Shown in pieces: positions 46,975 to 59,561 of a stretch of 64,000 bases of DNA. How positions within the stretch are numbered: position 1 is the stretch's first letter; each line of letters starts with the position of its first letter. The DNA comes from Heptranchias perlo (lineage: Eukaryota): contig NC_090336.1 of NCBI RefSeq assembly GCF_035084215.1, positions 31,806,001 through 31,870,000 of the forward strand, read 5' to 3'. A model generated the notes under the pieces. It was not told the DNA's origin and did no database searches. It saw nothing but the letters and a program-made list of their open reading frames with translations. A program made the position numbers and the translations under genes.

Positions 46975-49600
46975 CAAGTGAAACTCTCCAATATTTGCTG
47001 CCTTAGAGCTCTAGTAGATAGCAGCATTGCTGGGCTTTCTGCTTCCTCTGGAGTATCTGCTTCTTCATCCCCTTTTTGTTATTCTTCCTCCAGTTCTTGC
47101 TCCTCTGACAGCTCCAAGGCTTTCCCCCTTTGTATTGCAAAGTTGTGCAGCATGCATCAGATGACTACGAAGCTTGAGACTCACTCGAGACTTGTATTGA
47201 AGAACGCCTCCAGATCTGTCCAGGAAATGGAACCTTTGCTTTAAGGCCCCAATGGTCTGCTCTATCAGAACTCTTGTTCTTGCATGCGTCTTGTTATATC
47301 AAAGCTCCGCATCTGTGCCCAGGTTCCTGACAGGAGTCGTGAACCAAGTGTTGAAGGGATACCCCTTGTCCCCAAGCAGCCAGCCTCTGACCTGATGATC
47401 TGGGTGGACGAGAACCAGTATTGCGGAGTGGTGTATGATGAAAGCATCATGACTACTGCCAGGAGAGGGAGCACAGACCTGCCTGATTCTCTGCCCGCGG
47501 TCACAGGCAAGTTGAACTTTCAAGGAATGGAAGCCCTTCCCATTATAGAACATTGCTGGTTGGTGATAGGGAGCACACAGGACTACGTAGGTGCAGTCTA
47601 TGGTTCCCTGCACCTGTGGGAATCTAGCAATTCTGGCAAATCCTACAGCTCTTTTCTCTTTCTCGATAGCCTCCATGGGGAAGGCGATGGATCCTTGCCG
47701 CTTCGCAAAGAAACTGCCTGCTGGAACTGTGCTGAAGACTTGTGCTCCAGAATTAGCTGCGCCTCTATCCAAGCTGTTCCAGTACGGCTACAACACTGGC
47801 ATCTACCCGACAATGTGGAAAATTGCCCAGGTATGTCCTGTCCACAAAAAGCTGGACAAATCCAATCCAGCCAATTACCGCCCCATCAGTCTACTCTCAA
47901 TCATCAGCAAAGTGATGGAAGGTGTCATCGACAGTGCTATCAAGCGGCACTTACTCACCAATAACCTGCTCACCGATGCTCAGTTTGGGTTCCGCCAGGA
48001 CCACTCGGCTCCAGAACTCATTACAGCCTTGGTCCAAACATGGACAAAAGAGCTGAATTCCAGAGGTGAGGTGAGAGTGACTGCCCTTGACATCAAGGCA
48101 GCATTTGACCGAGTGTGGCACCAAGGAGCCCTAGTAAAATTGAAGTCAATGGGAATCAGGGGGAAAACTCTCCAGTGGCTGGAGTCATACCGAGCACAAA
48201 GGAAGATGGTAGTGGTTGTTGGAGGCCAATCATCTCAGCCCCAGGGCGTTGCTGCAGGAGTTCCTCAGGGCAGTGTCCCAGGCCCAACCATCTTCAGCTG
48301 CTTCATCATTGACCTTCCCTCCATCATAAGGTCAGAAATGGGGATGTTCGCTGATGACTGCACAGTGTTCAGTTCCATTCGCAACCCCTCAAATAATGAA
48401 GCAGTCCGAGCCCGCATGCAGCAAGACCTGGACAACATCCAGGCTTGGGCTCATAAGTGGCAAGTAACATTCGCGCCAGATAAGTGCCAGGCAATGACCA
48501 TCTCCAACAAGAGAGAGTCTAACCACCTCCCCCTGACATTCAACGGCACTACCATCACCGAATCCCCGACCATCAACATCCTGGGGGTCACCATTGACCA
48601 GAAACTTAACTGGACCAGCCATATAAATACTGTGGCTACGAGAGCAGGTCAGAGGCTGGGTATTCTGCGGCGTGTGACTCACCTCCTGACTCCCCAAAGC
48701 CTTTCCACCATCTACAAGGCACAAGTCAGGAGTGTGATGGAATACTCTCCACTTGCTTGGATGAGTGCAGCTCCAACAACACTCAAGAAGCTCGACACCA
48801 TCCAAGATAAAGCAGCCCGCTTGATTGGCACCCCATCCACCACACTAAACATTCACTCCCTTCACCACCGGCGCACTGTGGCTGCAGTGTGTACCATCCA
48901 CAGGATGCACTGCAGCAACTCGCCAAGGCTTCTTCGACAGCACCTCCCAAACCCGCGACCTCTACCACATAGAAGGACAAGAGCAGCAGGCACATGGGAA
49001 CAACACCACCTGCACGTTCCCCTCCAAGTCACACACCATACCGACTTGGAAATATATCGCCGTTCCTTCATTGTCGCTGGGTCAAAATCCTGGAACTCCC
49101 TTCCTAACAGCACTGTGGGAGAACCGTCACCACACGGACTGCAGCGGTTCAAGAAGGCGGCTCACCACCACCTTCTCGAGGGCAATTAGGGATGGGCAAT
49201 AAATGCTGTCCTCGCCAGCGACGCCCACATCCCGTGAACAAATAAAAAAAAAGAAAAAAATTTACTTACGTTGCTATTGTCCCTTGATGGAGTCTGGGAT
49301 GACCCAAAGGCATAAAAGTTGAGAGTTACAGTGACTTTCACCGCCACAGGCAGCACTATGGTGCTATCGGTGACACAGTTCAGTCACTGCCTCCCCGCTG
49401 AACTGGACCCACTTGACACACTGCTCCTCTGTCAGGTTCAGGTGAGAAAGTTGGTTTCTGAAGACCCACATGCCGTAAAGCCTCCTGCACCCTCCCCTTC
49501 TTCGCCCTCTTCTAGCAGTCTCTCCAGGTCTGTGCTGCCTTCATTGGTGCTGCTGCTCTTCCTCCTCATTTGGCAGCCTCAAAAGCAACCCAAGCAGCAT
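46975..49600 (-). pseudogene. HARBI1-like PIF/Harbinger DDE transposase, split by LINE at 47729-49260
   Basis: N-part LNLTEEQCV...LPVAVKVTVTLNFYAFGSSQ (49270-49450); core FPQVQGTIDCTYV, YNGKGFHSLKVQLACD, PGSSHDAFI, WLLGDKGYP (47299-47720). Confidence 0.88.
47729..49260 (+). mobile_element. LINE family B, 5'-truncated, open RT frame to the stop at 49189
   Basis: NPANYRPISLLS, DIKAAFDRV, GVPQGS, MFADD; A-rich tail. Confidence 0.95.
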
Positions 49601-51531
49601 ACCTATCTTCCACGATTGTGCTGAAGCCACTTCTGAAAAAGACTACAGCACCTCCCAAAGCTCACTCTCCAAAACTAGTGAATAAGCAAAACACCAGCCA
49701 AAATAGCCACATAACTGGCCCACAAGCACATCAGCAGGTTATAAAGACGAACCAGACACTTACTTTAACAAAGGCGAGGATCCCGCTGAGTTTTGCTGCC
49801 GCAGCCTGTTTCCCGACTGTAACCTGGGCGGGGTTAGGAACTGACGAATCAGGTGCTCCCAGACACCAATTTCACAAAAGGGTCCTGATTCAGGCTCAGG
49901 ACCCTTATTTCTATATTTTAATTAGGCCAGCGTGGCCACTGGGGACGCCTAAAAAGTGCCCGACCCAATATGGTGTCAGATGTACTTTCGGCGTTAATCA
50001 GGCGCGGGACATCGCACTGCTAAATTGGTCATTTTTGCCCCATTTTACACTTGGAAAATGGGTGAAACAGGTTCCAATTTCTCCCCCGTTGAGTGTATCG
50101 TTGCATATATGCTATTAATAAATCTTGAGGTGAGTCAAAATGAAAGTCAATCACGAACCAGGGACCTTTATTGTTGATATAATGGTCTCTGTCAAGCAAG
50201 TGGGTGGGGTGGGGGGAGGGGGTGGAGGGGAGAAGAAAAAAATATGAAATATCACTTTAGTTAACGACAAATGGACATTCATTAATTTTATTTTCTGAAA
50301 GAACTGTTGGACAAATGGTCCATTCTCTTTGTTTGTCTGGACGGGCTGTTTTGTTACAAAGTATTAGCTTTGGAATTTTCCATAAATCATGCAAGCAGCT
50401 GAGAAAACGAACCCTGCACTGTCACAATGAACATACTAATACCTACAGTGGAAACACCTCAGCAAGAACATTCACCATATTCACACAGTACACAGAGGTA
50501 CATGTCTGACAACAAACGTTGTCCCAGTGAAAAGTGTTTATGTCGAAAGTTTTTGCGGTCTCGTTTGAAAAACACGGCCACCTTAATCTAAGAAGGTACC
50601 TTATTTGTTGTACCTCTATTTGACTTACTCAGTACACTCGTTTAGTGACCGTCTTATTTACTTTACAAAGAACTGGCAGTCACCCACGAACATACAGTGC
50701 TGGTAGCGTTTGTTACAAATGACTAGTTCTTTCCGATAACGCATGAAGAACAAAATAAAGAATATTTTAAATTTCCAAACCACTTGGCAACACTGATCCT
50801 GCTTTACTTAAGAGAAGTGAATGGAGGATCTGGTTACACTCACACAATGATCTTTGGGCAAAAAATAAAATAGACACCCTCAGCTAAAAAAGATGCTGAT
50901 GAGATTATATTACTTTCCAGCTGGACAGGGATCAAGCAGCGAGATGTCAAAGCATTATAATGAACTGTTCAGTCACAGATTCTGTTTTAAACAAAAAAGG
51001 AGCTGCAGAAGAACTGGCAATCTCCTGACGATTTTCACTGTACAGTTTATCAAAAAATATTCCTTTTATGTAAAGTGGGACCAGGAGAAAGATTTTTTTT
51101 TGCACTTTGAATTTTCTGGGGCAACCATATTCAAAACTCTTTGCGTTCCCACTATACAGTATATCACTTTTGTTGCCAATTTGATGCATGCCCTTAAAAC
51201 ATCCTGTGTGTTAGCATTCAGGTATGTGCAGGGTAACATGCCCTGACGATTGTGGGACCAGAACCAAAATGAAATTTGAAGAAGAAAGAATCAGCTTATA
51301 GAGGTATAACCACACAGGACTAAAGGTTAAAAAGAAATCATTATCCTTGGAGGGTGTTGTCATTCGGTACATCTTTAGAAGCCCAAAACCGCTGTCTCAA
51401 CACCAACAACTATTTTTAACTTTTCCACATGTATTTAATACAAAATGGCTTCTAAAACAGGCACCGAAGGAGAGCTTAGTGGTGTAGATGTGTAGCAGTT
51501 GCGATGCTTACCTCTGTTGCAAGTTTAAGCC

Positions 51532-52601
51532 TTTTTTTATTCGTTCATGGGATGTGGGCATCGCTGGCAAGGCCAGCATTTATTGCCCATCCCTAATTGC
51601 CCCTGAGAAGGCGGTGGTGAGCCGCCTTCTTAAACCGCTGCAGTCCGTGTGGTGAAGGTTCTCCCACAGTGCTGTTAGGTAGGGAGTTCCAGGATTTTGA
51701 TCCAGCGACGATGAAGGAACGGCGATATATTTCCAAGTCGGGATGGTGTGTGACTTGGAGTGGAACATGCAGGTGGTGTTGTTCCCATGTGCCTGCTGCC
51801 CTTGTCCTTCTAGGTGGTAGAGGTCGCGGGTTTGGGAGGTGCTGTCGAAGAAGCTTTGGCGAGTTGCTGCAGTGCATACTGTGGATGGTACACACTGCAG
51901 CCACAGTGCACCGGTGGTGAAGGGAGTGAATGTTTAGGGTGGTGGATGGGGTACCAATCAAGCGGGCTGCTTTATCTTGGATGGTGTCGAGCTTCTTGAG
52001 TGTTGTTGGAGCTGCACTCATCCAGGCAAGTGGAGAGTATTCCATCATAATCCTGACTTGCGCCTTGTAGATGGTGGAAAGGGTTTGGGGAGTCAGGAGG
52101 TGAGTCACTCGCCGCAGAATACCCAGCCTCTGACCTGCTCTTGTAGCCACAGTATTTATATGGCTGGTCCAGTTAAGTTTCTGGTCAATGGTGACCCCCA
52201 GGGTGTTGATGGTGGAGGATTCGGCGATGGTAATGCGGTTGAATGTCAAGGGGAGGTAATTAGACTCTCTCTTGTTGGAGATGGTCTTTGCCTGGCACTT
52301 GTTTGGCACAAATGTTACTTGCCACTTATCAGCCCAAGCTTGGATGTTGTCCAGGTCTTGCTGCATGCGGGCACAGACTGCTTCATTATCTGAGGCGTTG
52401 CAAATGGAACTGAACACTGTGCAATCATCAGCGAACATCCCCATTTTTGACCTTATGATGGAGGGAAGGTCATTGATGAAGCAGCTGAAGATGGTTGGGC
52501 CTAGGACACTGCCCTGAGGAACTCCTGCAGCAATGTCCTGAGGCTGAGATGATTGGCCTCCAACAACCACTTCCATCTTCCTTTGTGCTAGGTGTGACTC
52601 C
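51532..52601 (-). mobile_element. LINE family B, 5'-truncated, open frame
   Basis: GVPQGSVLGP, MFADD through to ...KKAAHHRLLRGN*; tail at 51532-51560. Confidence 0.94.
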
Positions 52602-54076
52602 TCAGCAGGATAGACAGTGCAATCTAACATTCCCATTTATTAGTCAAGTGACCACTATAATGTATGTCAGGTATCACATCTCAAGGGGTTCAAATAAAAC
52701 ATTCTCCATCTTTGTCACAAGGTTGTTGACATCAAAATCAGGTTGTAAGATTCTGCAACCTGCTCAATAAGAGTTGGGGAGCTGTGGGATGAAACATGGA
52801 AAAATTGGGGCAGGAAGAAAGAGCTTCAAACTTAGTTTTTAAAAAACTGTTTGCAAATAAATGAATGAAAATGAAATATAATCAATATACTGGAGTGAGA
52901 CACATTTAGGCTGGTCCTTCAGAAAAATACACAACCAGACATTCTGCTCCACCTTGGGGTAAAATTCTGGTGCAGTTGAAGTGGAGGCACTGGAATTTGG
53001 CGTGGAACCTGGAACTGCTTGGTTTCTACCCCTTCGGTTCACCAGTAGCAAATTCAGATCAGAAGTGGTGGTAATGGTAGTTTCCTCTGCCTGTTCTCTA
53101 TACATCCCAGCGGCAGTTTGGGGTTATTTCCCAACTACCCCAGGCCTCTGGTAGGCCCAACAAACTATACATCTGCTGAGAACAGGCGCAGGTGCTGTTC
53201 TGGGCCACAAGTGAGCCCAACAAAGATGAGTTGTAATGGCAAATGATCCCAGAGAGATGGATTGCTGTTCCTGTAATGGCCTACTATCAATGGAGTGGCC
53301 AGTGGAGAAAGCTTGATGCTGCAAGGTCTGTTGAAGTCCCATTGGAGAGACAAGCAGCCGTTCTGAAATCCCGGAAGGCATGTGAGATGGACACCCCTGT
53401 AGAGCCAATACTGGTGCGGGCACCTGCCCCCGATATGGTAATGACCCTATTCCTGGATTTGATCCCACTGACCCACCACAATTTTTATTCTATAGTCTTT
53501 GTAAAACGAGTTTGCTGTGGATTTCTTTCCATATATAAATGTACAGAAAGTCAAACAGCCTCTGTTGAGGCCAACATTAACCAAGTACTGCTCTGCATTA
53601 TCATTGTTGTATCATGCGACTGCCAATAGAGGAACTAGATGGACTTTGGTCTTTTTTCCTAAAGCAATTCCTATATCCTTATGTTCCACTCATTTACGTA
53701 TGATGATTATAAAAATATTACCACCATGTAATAGGAAGAAATTAATTTACCTGGTTAGGATTCACAACAAGATTAATATTAGTTAACTATAACCAACAAA
53801 AAAAGCAACTGACCTTTTTTCAGCACAGTATTAAGTCAATATTGTCTGTCTTTTGCAAACAGACTTAATATAGAAACAGAGACAGATGATCAAATTTCCC
53901 AGAAAATAAATGGGTACAAGAATTTCATAGGAAAGCATTAATTACTAATATCGCACTGCACAATTTCCTAAGAGTTCAAGATTACATTTTAAATACAAAA
54001 TAATTTTTCACTTAATACAGTAATTGCTGCTAAGAGATTTTAATTCATGTATTTTATTATACTAATTAGCACACGT

Positions 54077-54255
54077 TGGGGATAATTTTAACTTTTATCA
54101 TTGGGCGAAAAATGGGTGATAATGAATTGGCAGCCCATTTTATACATTGTCCGATTTTCTTTTACATTGAAGTTCATGTTCTACTCGCGTTAATGGGGGT
54201 AATTTTAATTTTATCATCCGCTTTTCGCCTAGTGATAAAAGTTAAAATTACCTCC
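54077..54255. mobile_element. Short fold-back MITE
   Basis: ~34-bp imperfect TIR GGGGATAATTTTAACTTTTATCATTGGGCGAAAA / TTTTCGCCTAGTGATAAAAGTTAAAATTACCTCC. Confidence 0.7.
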
Positions 54256-54766
54256 ATTAACACCAGTATAACATTGGTCCCAAAGAGCTAGCTTTATTGA
54301 AACACGGTCATTTCCTAGATTCGGACATGCATTCCCCTTTAAGAAATGGTGCTGCAGACCGATAGGATTACGTTTCTGCTTTAACTCAACCCATTTAGTC
54401 TCCCTCTCTAGTAATCTTTCTCACTTCACTGCCAATGTCTGAAAACTATGCAATGGTTGGCAATAGTACAAATAAATAATATTTCCATTTATATAGTTCT
54501 TTACCATGTCAAATGTCTCAAAGCACTTCCCACAATAAATACTGTTCAATTACAGTCTCTGTTGCTACGTAGGCAAATACTTGTGATGAGGAAATTGAAA
54601 GTAAAATGAGAGATGTGGCTGCTATCTTAGTACCTTGCATTTAAAGAAGAAAGTCTTTAGAATACTAAATGCCTGAGCTTTGATGAGCTTAATGGTCTTT
54701 TCAAATCCCTGACTTTGTTATGTTGTTATATATTCTCAACATGATGAATTATGGAAGGAATATAAG

Positions 54767-55349
54767 GGCCCTGAAATTCCACGGGTCGTGATCCTGGCAG
54801 AACCTGTGGGGTCAGTTGGAAGACACCTCATTTGTATGGGGTAAGCAGGTGCAAGCGCCATTTTGGGTGCATCTTTGCTATCCATCTGCCCATGCCTGCT
54901 GGAAACAATGGAACCCAGCCCCCATTGAGGGGTGGAGGGGCAGGGGGGGGGTTGTAGAGGCCCTCCCCCTTTCAGGCCCCCTGATAATATCTCTTCAGCA
55001 AGGAGGCTAAATCTCCAAAAAAAATGTTTAATTTGGTGGTTTTCGGGGGCCCAGGCTGCTTGCCTGGTCTTGAATCCCTAAGTGGGGCTCACATATGTCC
55101 TCCAGTCACTCAGCATACCCGCCACCACTACTACGCTGTTCCCAACTGAGGATCAAGAGCGGGAACTCCCAGTTCTCCCCCCTCCTGGCCCCAACCCCCT
55201 GTCTCTCATTTGCTGTGTAAGGGGTGAACGGAAGTTCACCCTTTACAAGGTATTAACAAAATTCCCGTACAAAATGCACACTGGCATAACTGGATTTCTG
55301 CCATTTTCCTGGAGGTTCTGCCAGGCACCCACCATGGGATTTCAGGGCC
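54767..55349. mobile_element. Harbinger-type MITE, 583 bp
   Basis: TIR GGCCCTGAAATTCC / GGGATTTCAGGGCC; 3-bp TSD AAG. Confidence 0.8.
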
Positions 55350-55849
55350 AAGATTTAAAACAGATAAAGAATAGACTCTACCCTTTATTTTAAATTCTTT
55401 CCAAACACAGAAACAGAGTTTAATGTTCCAACTACTTGCAAAGTATTGCAATATGCATAGGAGCAGCCACAATTAAATTTAAACACCACAGTCTACATCA
55501 CTGATGAAGTCAATTCATCAAACAGGACATGTACTATTGTTGTACTTGATTTTGCTTTAATCCTTTCAAGAGTGTAGTAAATAGGATCACCACTTTCTGC
55601 CAATTCCAAAATTAGATGGAGGCTGGATAGGGTTGGGGCAGAGGTACAATCATTACTTAAATTCTGGTGTTTTCTTTGCCAGCGTTAAGAACTGATTAAA
55701 GTTTTCTTAGTCCAGAGCGAGTGGTGCTGGGCATGACCATGGCACTAGGACATCCACAAGGAAGCCCGAAAGGAGTGCATGACCAATGTAAAAACTGAAG
55801 GCCTGTCCAAACTGAAAAAAATGTGTGATTAAAATATTTATGTATCACA

Positions 55850-56235
55850 ACTTGGAGGTTGCCTCTGAATCAGAATGTAGTGGGTTCAAGTGTGATAAGC
55901 ACATAATCTTGGCCTGACCCTCCTGTACAGTACTGAGGAAGTGCTGCATTGTTTTGTCCTTTCAATGAGATGTAAAACCAAGGCCGTATTTACCTGTTCA
56001 GGTTGCTATTTAAGATTCCACACACTATTCATAATGCCAAAATTCCTCCTGCAACCATTCCTACCAAAATCAAATTCATCCTGTTTCTATTTGTGAAATC
56101 TTGCTGTGCATCAAATGGCCGCTGCATTTTTCTATAAAACAACAGAACTTCAAAGCAATTCATTGTATGTGAAGTACTTTGAGACATTTCTGAAGGATGT
56201 CTTACAGTGCTATATATAAACAGGCGTTTATTTCT
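55850..56235 (+). mobile_element. Deu-type SINE, near full length
   Basis: GCCTCTGAATCAGAATGTAGTGGGTTCAAG head, CAGTACTGAGGAAGTGCTGCATTGT, tail GTGCTATATATAAA. Confidence 0.7.
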
Positions 56236-57575
56236 TTCAAAGACATTTTCCACCCTAATTTAATCCATCCTAAAAAATGATTTCCTTTTACTTACTTTAT
56301 TTCGTCTTCCTCTTGTCTCCTACCATCCTGTCTATTTTCTGCGTAGCGCTCAGTCAGAACAGTGAGCTACACTAAAAAGGACCATCATCCTTTTAAGAGC
56401 AGCAACAGTTTAAGAGCTGCTGCACGCCCTATTCCCCCACCCACTTGTAGCATTAGCAATCCTCATGCACACATGGAAAATGAACAGTGAGCACATTATT
56501 TAGAAGAGTTGATCTTGCTGAATCCTGTGATCGCAGAGTTGGCCTTATAGGGCCTTATTCTGGAGTATATGTCTTTTAATAATGTGTTTAAAATCTCCAA
56601 ATGATGTGAAATTCACACATTTCTGTGAACCGATGTTTGATGTATTACTTAAGGAGGTGCAACAGAGGAAGGTCTCCAATTCTGGAGCAGAGGAGAACTC
56701 TCCTCTTCGAGTCAATATGCAGCAAGCATGGCAGAAGGTTGACCTTCTGAATGCAGTGAATGCAGTCTCCACGTCCACAAGTCATGGGAACAGATGAGCA
56801 AGAAGTTCTCTGCATGTTTTGCGACTAAGTCTAAATGGCACCTCATGCTGTGTAGTCATCCCTTCACACAAAGTGGAATGTAGGCTGGCATTGGGGTATG
56901 TCCCATGTTAGCTCCAAATGCTTAAAGCATTTTTTTTTGTCTGTTTTTATACAGGTTTGCACACATAGAGAGAAACTGCACTGGTGGCAGCCCCGCCAAT
57001 CTGCATCGCCTCACCCACCATGAAGGTGGAGCATTACAAATTATCAAGTTGAATGAAATCAAGAGAGTGGGTGAGGGAGTATTTGATGACTATGTGATGT
57101 CCCAACAAGGTAAATGTTCTCTTCTACCCCTTCTTCTTACATGCCCTTCACATTCACCCAGTAGCATACTTGCACATCTGCCCAGCAACAACATGGCACT
57201 GTATTGGCCTTACTACTGTACTCAGAACCATCAGAACATTACAGATGGTGAGAAACAGAGGGGGATGGTAGTAAAGGAGTGGCAATTAGGCTGATAATTT
57301 TCAACACCTTCTCAGAGCTGTGGAGCAGTATTACACCAGATTTGTTCAGACGGACGAATCTCTTTTTCAAAATTCCAATTGTATGTTTCAGCAGAATTTG
57401 GGAGGAGACTTGAGCCTCATTTTATTTCCCATTGACCTCTGTTCAAGGATTCCTCACTGTTGTTAGGAGTTAGGGCTCCAAGCAGTAGGTCTGGTCTCAC
57501 GTCAACTATCCAGGCTACCCACTTCTTGTCACACTGGACAGGCTGTCGCTGGGGTAGCACATATTCACCTACATT

Positions 57576-57705
57576 AAAGAAAGAAAGATTTGCCTTTATA
57601 TAGCGCTTTCATGACCTCAAAGAGCTTTACACCCAATGAAGTACTTTTGAAGTGTAGTCACTGTTGTAATGTAGGAAATGCAGCAGCCAATTTGCGCACA
57701 GCAAA
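57576..57705 (-). mobile_element. Deu-type SINE 3' fragment
   Basis: AAAGAAAGATTTGCCTTTATATAGCGCTTTCATGACCTC...CCAATGAAGTACTTTTGAAGTGTAGTCAC. Confidence 0.7.
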
Positions 57706-57807
57706 TTATCCTATTCCTGTAGTCCAATATATCTGCATGTTGATGAAATAAAAGTTTCTCCTATTCATTTATGCCATTGGGTTGTTGTTAGGAGCCTTGA
57801 ATGGCTA

Positions 57808-58570
57808 CATAGAAATTATAGAACATTTACGGTACGGAAGGAGGCCAATTGGCCCATCGTGTCCCCGCCGGCTGAAAATGAGCCACCCAGGTTAATCCCA
57901 CTTTCCAGCACTTGGCCCATAGCCTTGTAGGGTATGGGATTTCAGGTGCATATCCAGGTACTTTTTAAATGTGATGAGGGTTTCTGCCTCTACCACCTTC
58001 CTGTCATGTGGTGACCAGAACTGTACGCAGTGCTCAAGCTGTGGCCTAACTAGTGTTTTATATAGTTCTAGCATAACCTCCCTGCTCTTATATTCTATGC
58101 CTCGGCTAATAAAAGAAAGTATTCCGAATGCTTTCTTAACCACCTTATCTACCTGTCCTGCTACCTTCAGGGAACTGTGAACGTGCACTCTAAGGTCCCT
58201 CTGTTCCTCTATACCTCTCAGTATCCTCCCATTTATTGTGTATTCCCTTGCTTTGTTTGCCCTCCCCAAATGCATTACCTCGCACTTCTCCGGATTAAAT
58301 TCCATTTGCCCCTTTTCTGCCCACCTGACCAGTCCATTAATATCTTCCCACAGTCTATAGCTTTCCTCCTCATTATCAACCACACGGCCAATTTTTGTAT
58401 CATCTGCAAACTTCCTAATCATGCCCCCTACATTTAAGTCCAAATCATTAATATATATCACAAAAAGTAAGGGACCTAGTACTGAGCCCTGCCGAATCCC
58501 ACTGGAAACAGCCTTCCTTCCTGCCATTGAGCCAATTTTGGATCCAACTTGCCACTTTCCCTTGGATCCC
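57808..58570 (-). mobile_element. CR1 LINE 3' part with internal deletions
   Basis: QGSVLGPLLFVIYINDLD, KFADD, LVRPQLEHCVQFWSP joined directly to VVEAET. Confidence 0.9.
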
Positions 58571-59144
58571 ACAATACATATGTACCACCAATGAGGCTCT
58601 AAACTATAGGCAAGTCTGCCACCTGGTTAAAGTTCTACACCCTCTCGTGCTGCTGCCTCCATTCATTGGAAAAATGACAAAGTGTTTCCCAGGTCAAACA
58701 AAGCGTCTGTGATCTGTTTCATGCATCAGTGGACCAAAATCTGACTAATGTGACAAAATGTGGCTTGAAAAAAATCCATTCACATAAAAGTTCAGTGCTG
58801 TGGTGACTTTCACAGCACTGGGAAGGCCTGACCCTGTGTTACATGATGTCTGCAGGTTGGGCTCCAGTAAAGAGCAGAACTCGGTGGCCGCCTCACTTGT
58901 GAAGCATAAACGGCAAAGGCAGGTTTCCTCAGATACAGCCAATTAGGTGTTCCTGCGTCTAAACACTTGAGTTCTTGGCCGAGTCCAAGTGCGCATCAGG
59001 TGCCTGAGTTGCAAGGACAATTCCAGTTCTTCCCTCTGCCTGAATTCATCTTTGGCCTAAAAAACCATAACCGCCATTGGAAGGCCCAGTGGAACGCCCA
59101 TGCTGAGCAGCATGGTTAGTGTTCAGGGGGTAGAAACTGGTTAT

Positions 59145-59561
59145 GGCCCATGGATACGGTAATGCAGTGGTTATGTTCTAGATCGGGTAACCCAGAGGCC
59201 TGGACAAATAATTCAGCGAATGTGAGTTCAAAATCCACCACGGCAGTTTGAGAATTTGAATTCAGTTTTAAAAATCTGGAAATAAAAATCTGGTTTCAGT
59301 AAGAAGTGACCATGAAGCTGCCGGATTGTCGTAAAAACTCAACTGATTCATTAATGCCCTTTATGGAAGGAAACCTGCTGTTCTTACGTGGACTGGCCTA
59401 TATGTGGCTCCAGTTCTACACCAACATGGTTGACTCTTAACTGCCCTCTGAAGCAGACTAGTAAACCACTCAGTTGTATCATCACCTTCTCAAGGCTACT
59501 AGGGATGGGCAATAAATGTCGGCTTTGCCAGCAATGCCCACATCCTGGGAATGAATAAAAA
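59145..59561 (+). mobile_element. tRNA-derived SINE with LINE-B 3' tail
   Basis: A-box-like GGTAATGCAGTGG, B-box-like GAGTTCAAAATCC; 3' CACCTTCTCAAGG..TAGGGATGGGCAATAAATG..GCCCACATCC..GAATGAATAAAAA. Confidence 0.8.

Larger units (their letters stand above)
45036..50087. mobile_element. Degraded Harbinger element (possibly composite) with Myb relic (+) and transposase (-), interrupted by LINE B
   Basis: Myb start MAGRGGAGRAPLFLDAALEV at 45602, exon-3-like 45820-46760; transposase on minus strand; the two termini do not match well. Confidence 0.7.

Noticed and set aside
47591-49189. 532-aa ORF as a transposase-RT fusion
   Set aside because: The N-terminal ~46 aa are the antisense of the Harbinger transposase joined by chance to a truncated LINE; no transposase residues are encoded.
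55850-55900. tRNA genes at SINE heads (also 20410-20480, 59150-59240, 62605-62660)
   Set aside because: No intact cloverleaf; each continues into SINE body sequence.
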